Shown: positions 9,778 to 18,907 of the stretch, piece by piece
Layout of the letters: every line of letters starts with the position of its first letter
Position numbering within the stretch: position 1 is the first letter of the stretch
Source of the DNA: a candidate division BRC1 bacterium HGW-BRC1-1
GTDB taxonomy: Bacteria > Sumerlaeota > Sumerlaeia > Sumerlaeales > Sumerlaeaceae
Assembly: GCA_002842095.1 (NCBI GenBank)
Contig: PHCB01000008.1
Location: 100,879 to 164,878, forward strand
Length of the DNA: 64,000 nt
Direction: 5' to 3'
Program-made: the position numbers and the translations under genes
The notes under the pieces: model-generated
Told to the model about the DNA's origin: nothing
The model's database searches: none
Seen by the model: only the letters and a program-made list of their open reading frames with translations

Positions 9778-11097
9778 ATGTCGAACCATCAGGATACTGA
9801 GGAAAACGTGACGGATAAAAAGAAGATACTCGTAGTGGGCAGTGGCGGACGCGAACATGCCATTATTTGGAAGCTGCGCCAGAGCTCGCGACTGAAGGAA
9901 GTTTACTGTACTCCGGGAAATGCGGGCATTGCTCAGGAAGCGATTGTTTTTGACGCACCCTATGGCGATAATTTCTCAGAACTTATCCGTCGTGCGCGTA
10001 ACCTTGGTATCGATTACACCATCGTTGGACCCGAGGCCCCCCTGGCCGCCGGGATTGTGGACGCATTTGAGGCGGAGGGTCTGAAGGTGTTCGGCCCCTG
10101 CAAGGCGGGCGCGATGCTCGAGGCGAGCAAGTCTTTCGCGAAGGAATTCATGGAAGCGGCCCATATTCCCACGGCCGATTCTCAAACCTTTGAGGTCGCA
10201 TCAGATGCCATTCGATATGCGAAAACCCTCGGTACGCCGCTGATCGTCAAGGCTGACGGACTCGCCGCCGGGAAGGGTGTTGTTATCGCCCGGACCCTCG
10301 AAGAAGCCGTTCACGCCATCAGGCATAATTTGGAAGAGCGCCAGTTCGGAGAGGCCAGCGCTCGCGTTGTCGTGGAGGAATTTCTGACGGGGGAGGAGGC
10401 CAGCATTCTCGCCTTCACCGATGGCTATGTAATCCGTCCCCTCGCCAGTGCTCAGGACCACAAGGCGCTGAAGGACAATGATCTCGGCCCCAACACGGGG
10501 GGCATGGGGGCTTATTCTCCGGCTCCCATCGTTACCGAAGAATTGATGGAAGAAGTTAACGAAGTCGTTTTCCAGCCCTTGCAGGAGGAACTGCAAAAGC
10601 GGGGCATCCTTTATCGCGGGGTGATTTACGCTGGCATAATGATCACCGATGAAGGGTTGCGTGTGCTGGAATTCAACGCACGGTTTGGAGACCCTGAAAC
10701 CCAAGTTATTCTGCCACGTCTTGAAAACGATCTTATTGATCTTGTGGAGGCCGTCTGCGAAGGAACGCTGAACGAGCATGAACTACGATGGACCGACGAC
10801 ACGGCTGTGTGTGTGGTGATGGCCGCCGGAGGTTATCCGGAACACCCGCTAAAGGGAGCCCCCATTTCGGGCCTTGAAGAGGTGCGTTACGACGACCGAG
10901 CCATGGTGTTCCATGCCGGAACTACTTTTGATGGCAATGACGTGGTGGTGTCGGGAGGTCGTGTGCTGGGAGTAACCGCCGTGGGCCGTTCGCTGCCGCG
11001 AGCCATGGACTCGGTTTATCGTGAAGTGGAACGCATTCGTTTCGAGGGGGCCCAATACCGACGCGATATAGGTCGCAAGGGCCTCGCGAGGCTCTGA
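9778..11097 (+). CDS. purD: Phosphoribosylamine-glycine ligase
   Basis: GSGGREHA, VGPEAPL, KADGLAAGKGV, GPNTGGMGAYSP, EFNARFGDPETQ; alternative GTG start at 9808. Confidence 0.97.
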   Translation: MSNHQDTEENVTDKKKILVVGSGGREHAIIWKLRQSSRLKEVYCTPGNAGIAQEAIVFDAPYGDNFSELIRRARNLGIDYTIVGPEAPLAAGIVDAFEAEGLKVFGPCKAGAMLEASKSFAKEFMEAAHIPTADSQTFEVASDAIRYAKTLGTPLIVKADGLAAGKGVVIARTLEEAVHAIRHNLEERQFGEASARVVVEEFLTGEEASILAFTDGYVIRPLASAQDHKALKDNDLGPNTGGMGAYSPAPIVTEELMEEVNEVVFQPLQEELQKRGILYRGVIYAGIMITDEGLRVLEFNARFGDPETQVILPRLENDLIDLVEAVCEGTLNEHELRWTDDTAVCVVMAAGGYPEHPLKGAPISGLEEVRYDDRAMVFHAGTTFDGNDVVVSGGRVLGVTAVGRSLPRAMDSVYREVERIRFEGAQYRRDIGRKGLARL

Positions 11098-11111
11098 GAC
11101 AAGCCCGTCCC

Positions 11112-12557
11112 ATGCATTCCATCGCCGCCATGATTATGAATCACGCCTCATCGCGCAAAGTTGATTACGCCGATGTCCGCGTGATTCGCCGGACCACAGA
11201 GTCGATTTCCGTGCGTAACGAAATCCCGGAAAGCGTGGAGGTCAGTGAGACTTTTGGTGTGGGCGTGCGGGTGTTTGTGGATGGGCGTTGGGGGTTCGCC
11301 GCCACGGATGACATCGTTCACGACCGTCTGGATGGATTGGTTGAGCGGGCGATTTTGGGAGCGAAAGCAGCAGCTGTAGCGGGCGGGCCCAAGGAGCATT
11401 TCGATCCACCGCCTGCGGTGACCGCAACCCATGCGTCGTTTTGTGAAGTTGATCCGCAAAGCGTTTCGCTGGAAGAAAAGTTGTCGATGCTGACCGCCTG
11501 CACCCGCATCATGGGTGGGGAAAAGTCGGTGGAACAGTGCGAGGCAACCATGGACGCCTGGCACGAAGTTAAGGTTTTTTACAGCACACTGGGCAGCCAG
11601 ATCGAGCAGTCCTCAACAGTTTGCGGGGCGGGTATTTCCGCGGGAGCCCTTGCCCGCGGGGACATGCAGGTGCGCTCCTATCCGAACTCATTTCGGGGGA
11701 ATTTCGCCCGCGCCGGTTATGAATTCATCGACGCCATGCGGCTTGATGATAACGCTGCGCAAACTGCGGCTGAGGCCGCTGCGCTGCTCCGAGCGCCCAT
11801 GTGCCCCGATCTTCCCGAGGCTGACCTCATCATTGGAGGCAGCCAGCTTGCCCTCCAAATTCATGAGAGCGTTGGCCATGCCATTGAGTTTGACCGGATT
11901 CTCGGTTACGAAGCCTCGTTCGCCGGGACTTCATTTCTGCAACCCTCTGATGTCGGCCACCGGATTTACGGGGCACCCATCATGAACGTCACGGCTGATG
12001 CCACACTGCCTCACGGCCTGGGTTCGTTCCACTACGATGACGACGGCTACCTGTCAGTTCGCGATGTGATTGTGGATTCGGGCCGGCTGGTGGGCGTTCT
12101 GACCAGCGCGGGTATCGCCCACGTGCTGGACCGGCGCAGCAACGCCTGCATGCGGGCAGAAGGATGGAATCATTTCCCGATCATCCGCATGACGAATGTG
12201 AATCTCGAACCCGGAGAAGCGGGATCGCTGGAAGACCTCATCGCTGACACCTCCCATGGCTATCTCCTCGAGACCAACAAGAGCTGGTCCATCGATGACA
12301 AACGACTGAACTTCCAGTTCGCCACCGAACTTGCGGTGGAGATTCGTGACGGTAAGCGCGGTCGCCTTTTTCGCAATCCCATTTACAGCGGAATGACCCC
12401 GGCTTTCTGGGCGTCATGCGATGCCATTTGCGGCCCGTCTGAATGGCAGTTGTGGGGCGTGACCAATTGCGGCAAGGGCGAGCCCATGCAGGTCGCCCAG
12501 GTTTCGCACGGTTGCGCTCCGGCTCGTTTTCGCAAGCAACGTCTGTGGGGTGCATGA
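11112..12557 (+). CDS. tldD: TldD-family metalloprotease
   Basis: HESVGHAIE (HExxGH zinc motif), RMTNVNL, CGKGEPMQ...SHG. Confidence 0.92.
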   Translation: MHSIAAMIMNHASSRKVDYADVRVIRRTTESISVRNEIPESVEVSETFGVGVRVFVDGRWGFAATDDIVHDRLDGLVERAILGAKAAAVAGGPKEHFDPPPAVTATHASFCEVDPQSVSLEEKLSMLTACTRIMGGEKSVEQCEATMDAWHEVKVFYSTLGSQIEQSSTVCGAGISAGALARGDMQVRSYPNSFRGNFARAGYEFIDAMRLDDNAAQTAAEAAALLRAPMCPDLPEADLIIGGSQLALQIHESVGHAIEFDRILGYEASFAGTSFLQPSDVGHRIYGAPIMNVTADATLPHGLGSFHYDDDGYLSVRDVIVDSGRLVGVLTSAGIAHVLDRRSNACMRAEGWNHFPIIRMTNVNLEPGEAGSLEDLIADTSHGYLLETNKSWSIDDKRLNFQFATELAVEIRDGKRGRLFRNPIYSGMTPAFWASCDAICGPSEWQLWGVTNCGKGEPMQVAQVSHGCAPARFRKQRLWGA

Positions 12558-12560
12558 ACC

Positions 12561-13898
12561 ATGGTCATTGCGCGCACGGTTAATATGCTCCACGCCATAC
12601 TGGAACAGGCCCGCGGTTTCGATGATGTGGAACTGCTGTTAAGCAAAGGGAACGATGCCCTCACGCGATTCATGAACAACCATGTGCATCAGAGCACCGA
12701 GGTCGCGTGGCGAAACCTGCGCATTCGCGTATTGCTCGATGGTCGCAGCGGCGTTGTGGAAACGGATCGGCTCGACCAGGATTCGCTGGCCGCGGCTATC
12801 GAGCGTGCGGGTGAAATAGCCCGGGCGCAGCCTGCTCCCGAAACGCCCGCACAGCTTGAGGCCAGCAGGCCCATGGCCGACTCCACAGCCTGGCATGAAA
12901 CCACTGCCGCCGCGATGGCGTTCGACCGCGCGCGAATCGTGCAGCAGCTTGGAGATCTCGCGAGACCGAAAGGCGCGACTTTTTCAGGCGCGATTTCCAC
13001 CAGTGAAAAGACCACCTGCATTGTGAACACGCGCGGCACGGAGGCTTATCAGGAATCAACTCAGGCGGAATTGAATCTGCTGGCCCAGCGGGGGGAGCTG
13101 TCGGGTTATTCCTACTGGATCGGTGGCGATATTTCTGCACTGCCACTCAACGATTTGGCGGACGAAGCATTATCGCTCACGGCGGCTGAAGCGGTGCTCC
13201 AACGGCTTGAACCTGGCGTTTATCCCGTGGTGCTGGATCACTACGCCGCCGGGATGATGATCGGCTATCTGGGGTACATGGGCTTCGGCGCGAAGCAGTA
13301 TCTCGAAGGACGATCGTTTATGACGCGTCGCATGGGCAAGCGCGTTGCCTCCACCCGCATAACGATTCGCGATGACGCTCGAAACCCCTCGGGGCTTTCT
13401 TCGATGTTCGATGGCGAAGGCGTTGTGCGCCGACCCGTCGATCTGATTCAGGCGGGAGTTGCGGTGGGCGTGGTGACCGATAGCGTCTCTGCCCGGGCGT
13501 TGGAACTGAAGAACAGCGGCCATGCGTTTCCCATGCCCAATAGCGAAGGGCCGGCAGCGTCGCATCTTTTTGTGGAGCCGGGCAAATCCACACTGCCACG
13601 AATGATTGGTTCCATCAAACGTGGAATTTACGTGCGCAAGTTTCACTACGTGAATGTAGTTGATCCCATGACTTCTCTCATTACGGGCATGACAAAGGAC
13701 GGCACTTTCCTCATTGAGGAGGGCAAACTGGTTCGTCCCCTGAGTAATCTGCGTTTCACTCAAGACGTCCTCGGCGCGTTGAAAAGCTGCTCTGCTCTTT
13801 CTTCGGCATCGCGTCTGGTTGAGGGCGTTTATGGACCGGTGCATTCACCGGCGATGCTGATCAAAAAATTTCATTTTACGGGAGTGGGCGAGGAATGA
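12561..13898 (+). CDS. tldE: TldE/PmbA-family partner subunit
   Basis: LTRFMNNHVHQ, FDGEG, GMTKDGTFLIEEGK..NLRF; no HExxH; directly after tldD. Confidence 0.85.
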   Translation: MVIARTVNMLHAILEQARGFDDVELLLSKGNDALTRFMNNHVHQSTEVAWRNLRIRVLLDGRSGVVETDRLDQDSLAAAIERAGEIARAQPAPETPAQLEASRPMADSTAWHETTAAAMAFDRARIVQQLGDLARPKGATFSGAISTSEKTTCIVNTRGTEAYQESTQAELNLLAQRGELSGYSYWIGGDISALPLNDLADEALSLTAAEAVLQRLEPGVYPVVLDHYAAGMMIGYLGYMGFGAKQYLEGRSFMTRRMGKRVASTRITIRDDARNPSGLSSMFDGEGVVRRPVDLIQAGVAVGVVTDSVSARALELKNSGHAFPMPNSEGPAASHLFVEPGKSTLPRMIGSIKRGIYVRKFHYVNVVDPMTSLITGMTKDGTFLIEEGKLVRPLSNLRFTQDVLGALKSCSALSSASRLVEGVYGPVHSPAMLIKKFHFTGVGEE

Positions 13899-15919
13899 GG
13901 CTTACTCATCTTGCGGTTCTGGCCGCTGCAACGCTTCTTCTCGCAAGTTGCAAAGAACAACTGAATCCTCACAAGGCGCCCGAGGCAGATGCCGATCTTG
14001 TGGTCCTGTTGAATGCTTCCAAGGCCAGAAACTCTCAGCCGGATTTGGCTTCGGCCTCCAAAAAAGTTGTTCTCTCCATCAATAATTATCCGGGCGCCAA
14101 TGAACCGTTGGAGCAGGATGTGGTGCAACGGGAATTCGAAGCGTTTGAAAAGGCGAACCCGAACATTCGCATCGAATTCAGCACCTGGCGTTTTACACCC
14201 GAGAGCTTTTTCGAGCGCGCCCAGAACCGTATGCTGACCGACATCGTCGAGGTTAATGCGGCACAGATTCCTGCCATCATTGATTTGAATTACGCGGCCG
14301 ACATTACCGACCTGATTACGGTTGAGCCGGAATATGGGAACATCAATCCGCAGGTGATGGAGTTTCTTGCCCGCGATTCTCGCGTCTATGGGGTCCCCAT
14401 CGAGTTGAACACGATGGCACTTTTTTATAACCGCAAGATTTTCGACGGAACCGCGTCTGCCACCGCAACCACAGCCACCGTTAGCCCCTCTGCCAAGAAA
14501 GGCAAAGGGGCCGATGGCGATCCTCGCGATTATCTGGTCACCGATTTTCCCGATCCACCAGCAAGGGAATTAACCCAATTCTGGCCATTCCGGCGAAAAG
14601 GTCAGCAGAGTCAGGAACAGCAAGAGGCTTCACGGCAAAACCAGACACAACCTCTGCGGCCCGATGGGCGTTATCCTCAGCCGGTGCGTCGCACCCGCGG
14701 CGAGGAATCGGTGCGCGACTATTACAACCTGCCAAATCAACCCGGAGCGCGCAACACTGCGCCGGGAAGTTACTACGACACGCAACAGTACTCGACCGAC
14801 CCCCGTGCCCCTCGGCGTCCTGCAGACGGCAGATCGATTGACGATGACATAGCGCAGCCTGAAGGGGAAGAATCCATACAGCCCTCCTCTGCGTCTGGCT
14901 CAAAGCAGCGTCGCACAATCGAGGACGATATTCTCACGACTGGTGATGAAACCTTTCTCGCTGAAAGTGGCGAACCTAGGCGCGACGCAAACGAGACAAC
15001 CATTGTTTTGTCCACCGGTGCCCCATCCACCTGGGTGGAGTTCGTCCGTCTGGCAGTGAAACACACCAACCACGCCGGACTCGGCGTCTTCGGTTATGCA
15101 CCGGTCATGTTTGCTGAAGGTGGAGGACGGGAATTTTCGCAGTGGGGTGTGCAGGCCGGCCTTCAGATTGCCGCTGCATCGGGTGATGTAATGTCGCTGG
15201 ATGTGAACACGAGCACTGCCGCAGAAGTCACCCAGTTCCTCAAAGATCTGCGTTGGCGTTATGACGTAACGCCGCCCATCGACCGTTGCTATGCGGACAA
15301 CGTGGTGCGGATGTTCGGTGAGGGGCGCGTGGCCATGTGCATGCTCCCCGCGAATGCAGAAACCATCCGCCGACTTCTTCGTCTCGGCATGCCCCTCGAT
15401 GCCATTGGCATTGCCCCATTGCCGCAGGGACCGAAAAACCGCAAACATCTTGCCTCTGGAAAATGTCTCATCATCAACGCCCAGCTTGATCGGGAAAAAC
15501 GTGCGGCAGCGGTAAAATGGCTCATGTTCAAAATGAACCCGGAAACCTTCAAGGCCCGGCAGCAATATTATTATCGCGAACAGGAAATGACCGGCGGACC
15601 CACGGTGCCCTTGTTCCGAAAGCCCGTTCAGGATGCTCTTTATCAGAGCACCCGACCTTATCGCACGCTGCCCCTCTATGCCGATTACGAGCGGGAGGTG
15701 GCCGGTTTCATCACACCGGAACCCGGTTTCTTCACCGAGCAACTTTATGCTGCCATTGCAACCGATGTGCGCCCCATCGTGGCTCAGAAAAACTCGGTTC
15801 CTGAAACCGCCATTGTTAACGTGGCGTCAGATTTCAAAGCGAAGTATCTAAGCGACGCCCCATCTCGCACCGGCCTGCAACGCTATCTTGATCGGCTCGC
15901 AGAATTTGCCCGCCAATAA
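13895..15919 (+). CDS. Family-1 extracellular solute-binding lipoprotein with large low-complexity insertion
   Basis: Lipobox LLASC; FEKANPNIRIE, VYGVPI...LFYNRKIF, P-x-TW-x-EF, FGEGRVAM, IAPLPQGP motifs. Confidence 0.8.
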   Translation: MRLTHLAVLAAATLLLASCKEQLNPHKAPEADADLVVLLNASKARNSQPDLASASKKVVLSINNYPGANEPLEQDVVQREFEAFEKANPNIRIEFSTWRFTPESFFERAQNRMLTDIVEVNAAQIPAIIDLNYAADITDLITVEPEYGNINPQVMEFLARDSRVYGVPIELNTMALFYNRKIFDGTASATATTATVSPSAKKGKGADGDPRDYLVTDFPDPPARELTQFWPFRRKGQQSQEQQEASRQNQTQPLRPDGRYPQPVRRTRGEESVRDYYNLPNQPGARNTAPGSYYDTQQYSTDPRAPRRPADGRSIDDDIAQPEGEESIQPSSASGSKQRRTIEDDILTTGDETFLAESGEPRRDANETTIVLSTGAPSTWVEFVRLAVKHTNHAGLGVFGYAPVMFAEGGGREFSQWGVQAGLQIAAASGDVMSLDVNTSTAAEVTQFLKDLRWRYDVTPPIDRCYADNVVRMFGEGRVAMCMLPANAETIRRLLRLGMPLDAIGIAPLPQGPKNRKHLASGKCLIINAQLDREKRAAAVKWLMFKMNPETFKARQQYYYREQEMTGGPTVPLFRKPVQDALYQSTRPYRTLPLYADYEREVAGFITPEPGFFTEQLYAAIATDVRPIVAQKNSVPETAIVNVASDFKAKYLSDAPSRTGLQRYLDRLAEFARQ

Positions 15920-16005
15920 AACTTACGTTACTATCAGGCCTCCATCCATGGGCCGTGAGACCAATACGTTGACATGGTGCAATCCCTCGAAAAAGCTGGA
16001 CCTCA

Positions 16006-16590
16006 ATGAAAATGAACAATGAACCTCTGAAAAGCGTTCTCGATGCTATCGAACGCGCCTCCTCCGTAACTTCCTTCGATTGTTATGACGCCGTATTGTC
16101 CACCGTCAGCGGAACTGCCCGCCCCGCGGGTCGAATTGTTAAAACTCGAATTGTCGATGATCGCGGTTTTTTGTTTTTCTCCAATCGAGAGAGTCGCGCT
16201 TCACGCCACATTATGGAAATTCCCCATGCGGCTCTGTGTTTTTTCTGGCCATGGATAAATGAACAAATGCGGGTGCAGGGGCGCATCGAAATTGCTTCCG
16301 ATGATATCAGCGACGAAGCTTTTGCGGCCCTCCCACGGGGGCGTCAGTTGACTGCGTGGGCATCCCTTCAAAGCCATCCATTGAGTTCTCGAGAAGAACT
16401 CATGCAGCGCTATCACGAAACTGATCAACGCTATTTAAACCGGAACGTTCCTCGTCCTCCTCATTGGGGCGGATATCGACTGGTCCCGGATCGCATCGAA
16501 TTGTGGAAGCAGGGCGAGGATGATCTCCATGAGCGTACGCTATGGCGGCGAATCCCGACCGGGTGGAACTCTGAACTATTGTTTCCGTAA
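16006..16590 (+). CDS. Pyridoxamine 5'-phosphate oxidase (PdxH)-like FMN-binding protein, divergent
   Basis: GFLFFSNRESR, AWASLQS, PRPPHWGGYRLVP..IELW..LHER and C-terminal W...LFP; several substrate residues altered. Confidence 0.8.
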   Translation: MKMNNEPLKSVLDAIERASSVTSFDCYDAVLSTVSGTARPAGRIVKTRIVDDRGFLFFSNRESRASRHIMEIPHAALCFFWPWINEQMRVQGRIEIASDDISDEAFAALPRGRQLTAWASLQSHPLSSREELMQRYHETDQRYLNRNVPRPPHWGGYRLVPDRIELWKQGEDDLHERTLWRRIPTGWNSELLFP

Positions 16591-16596
16591 AAATAG

Positions 16597-16628
16597 AAAG
16601 GCTCTCCACCAACCGGCGGAGAGCCTTT
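16597..16628. terminator. Probable bidirectional intrinsic terminator between convergent genes
   Basis: AAAGGCTCTCC...GGAGAGCCTTT inverted repeat with A/T-rich flanks, just after the stop at 16590. Confidence 0.75.
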
Positions 16629-16715
16629 AAGTTTGGCTATGGGCGGGGATTACTTTTCGTAGGTTTCATCCACCATGCGACGTGTTTTGCCTGGTGCTTG
16701 GGCATCGGAGCGGAA

Positions 16716-17153
16716 TTATTTTCTCACGATGGCTGCCTGACGGGGGGCTGCCGGAATCCTGCGCGATGTTACCACCTTCATCTGCGCTTCGATTCCGGGC
16801 ACCTCAGCTAATCCCGTTGTCACTCTGTTGCCACGCCCTTGCTGGCGATTCCAACTGGCGCTGACCCTCTGGGCCTGATAATAGGCTGGGTCTGCATATT
16901 GCAGGTCAGTGTCAGGGGAGTACAGATAGGGATTGGCGTAATTGCCGGTCAGTTCCGGACCGGGAACATAATAGAACCTGTATTGGGGGAGAGCACAGTC
17001 GCAGACATTCGCACATCCACCGGCGCAGGTTGCGGGTGAGAGATGAGAAAGCGGGGGCGGCGGCACGCAGTCATAGCATGGCTGACAAAAGCCCGCTGCA
17101 AACGCACTGGTTGCGGCCAGAGAAACGAGGGTAGCCAAAACTGTTTTAATCAT
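16716..17153 (-). CDS. Small secreted Cys/Tyr/Pro-rich protein of unknown function
   Basis: Sec signal MIKTVLATLVSLAATSAFA, seven Cys in the N-terminal part of the mature chain, AGGAG-type RBS upstream. Confidence 0.7.
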   Translation of the reverse strand: MIKTVLATLVSLAATSAFAAGFCQPCYDCVPPPPLSHLSPATCAGGCANVCDCALPQYRFYYVPGPELTGNYANPYLYSPDTDLQYADPAYYQAQRVSASWNRQQGRGNRVTTGLAEVPGIEAQMKVVTSRRIPAAPRQAAIVRK

Positions 17154-17403
17154 GAACCTTCTCCTGTTGTGAAATCGGACATTTTTTTGCGCGTTCAGAT
17201 GCTCTCATCTATCACAAACCTGCCTTACTTCAGGGCCTGTTGCAACGATGTTTCAGCGTAATATATGGTGAAAAGTTGTTTCGCCCCGTCACGCCTCGAA
17301 TGAGGCTGAAATTCTCTCTGTATTCCATTCCGAACCTTGAGGCAAATGCTGTGCCTGCAAGGGTTTCATCAATCGGATTCAAGGAGATAGTCGGGATACA
17401 CCC

Positions 17404-18432
17404 ATGAAACTCAATGTTGCGATCATGGGCGCCACGGGCGCCGTCGGCCAGGAAATGCTTAAGACCCTCGAAAAGAGAGAATTCCCCTGCGCCTCACTCA
17501 AGTTGTTGGCCAGCCAGCGTTCGGTCGGCAAAAAATGCCTCTATCGCGGGCGCATGATCGCTGTGGAGCTTCTCACTCCCGAGAGCTTCGTGGGCGTTGA
17601 CCTGGTACTTGCTTCCGCCGGTGGTTCCATTTCTAAAGAGTTTGCCCCCCATGCGGTGAAGGCCGGAGCCATCGTGGTGGACAACACCAGCGCTTACCGC
17701 ATGGACCCCGAGGTTCCCCTGGTGGTACCTGAAGTTAATGGTGAAGCGGTTGAGAAGCATAAGGGAATCATCGCCAACCCCAACTGCTCCACCGCGCAAA
17801 TGATCGTGGCCATCGGACCCATCCACAAGGCCGTGGGCATCAAGCGGCTCGTCATTTCCACCTACCAGTCCGTCAGTGGTACCGGGCAAAAAGCGATCGA
17901 GGAATGTCTGCGCCAGTCCCGCGAATTGCTGGCCGGGGCTCAATCCGTCGAATGCAAAGTTTACCCTCACCAGATCGCCTTCAACGTGCTCCCTCACATC
18001 GACTCCTTTCTCGAAAACGGCTACACCAAGGAAGAGATGAAGATGGTAAACGAGACGCGCAAGATTCTCGGTGACGACTCCATAGCCGTCACTGCCACCA
18101 CGGTGCGTGTCCCTGTGCTTCGCGGCCATAGCGAAAGCATCAACGTGGAAACTCGGAAGAAGATTTCCGCCGATGAAGTTCGCCAATTGCTCTCCGACGC
18201 CCCAGGTGTGGTTGTCATTGATAACCCCTCACTTAATGAATACCCGACCCCGGTCTACAGCGAAGGTCGCGACGAAACCTATGTCGGCCGCATCCGCGAC
18301 GACATCTCCAATCCCAATGCCATCGACATGTGGGTCGTGAGTGACAACCTCCGCAAGGGTGCCGCTCTCAATGCCGTTCAGATTGCAGAAGAGATGCTCC
18401 GCCGTAACCTCTTCAAGGGCGCAAAGGCTTAA
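17404..18432 (+). CDS. asd: Aspartate-semialdehyde dehydrogenase
   Basis: GATGAVG, IANPNCST, YQSVSGTG, RVPVLRGHSE, DNLRKGAALNAVQIAE. Confidence 0.97.
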   Translation: MKLNVAIMGATGAVGQEMLKTLEKREFPCASLKLLASQRSVGKKCLYRGRMIAVELLTPESFVGVDLVLASAGGSISKEFAPHAVKAGAIVVDNTSAYRMDPEVPLVVPEVNGEAVEKHKGIIANPNCSTAQMIVAIGPIHKAVGIKRLVISTYQSVSGTGQKAIEECLRQSRELLAGAQSVECKVYPHQIAFNVLPHIDSFLENGYTKEEMKMVNETRKILGDDSIAVTATTVRVPVLRGHSESINVETRKKISADEVRQLLSDAPGVVVIDNPSLNEYPTPVYSEGRDETYVGRIRDDISNPNAIDMWVVSDNLRKGAALNAVQIAEEMLRRNLFKGAKA

Positions 18433-18489
18433 GGAATTCCCCGCTCCCTCGCCCTTGCAGGAGGGGAAGCGGGGTATCCGTCTCGTCAA

Positions 18490-18798
18490 ATGAATGAACC
18501 AATCGTGCTTTGCTCTGCGTCTGACATTCCTCCGGGAAGTATGAAGGGCTTCAATATTGGCGCGCAGGAAGAGGTGCTCGTCGCGAATGTTGACGGAGTT
18601 TTCTACGCGGTCGGCAACGTCTGTCCTCACCGCGCAGCGGGCCTGGCTCAAGGCAAGCTGCACGGGCCGGAGGTCACCTGCCCCTGGCATGAATGGAAAT
18701 TTGATGTGCGCACTGGCGAAGGCATCACAAATCCGCATTCTTCCATCAAGCGCTATGAAATCATTCTTGAGGATGAAAAACTTTTGATCCGGGCTTGA
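18490..18798 (+). CDS. Rieske [2Fe-2S] ferredoxin (NirD/dioxygenase-ferredoxin-like)
   Basis: CPH...CPWH Rieske ligands; 102 aa. Confidence 0.88.
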   Translation: MNEPIVLCSASDIPPGSMKGFNIGAQEEVLVANVDGVFYAVGNVCPHRAAGLAQGKLHGPEVTCPWHEWKFDVRTGEGITNPHSSIKRYEIILEDEKLLIRA

Positions 18799-18907
18799 TC
18801 TCAAGCTAGGTCTTGCATGAAAAATCCGTTTGCCTGGATGCTTTGCTCGTTTGTTCTTATAACACCATCACAATGGCAATTTTTCTCAACTCATCAGGAG
18901 TTCTCTT

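Noticed and set aside
16650-16705. Tiny minus-strand ORFs (MVDETYEK; MPKHQAKHVAWW...) after the Cys-rich gene
   Set aside because: Very short, with no support as leader or functional peptides
17240-17257. Sigma54-like element upstream of the Cys-rich secreted gene (minus strand CTGAAACATCGTTGCA)
   Set aside because: Has TG instead of the invariant GG at -24
18799-18907. Lysine riboswitch before lysC
   Set aside because: Only about 110 nt, too short for an L-box, and no recognisable conserved elements
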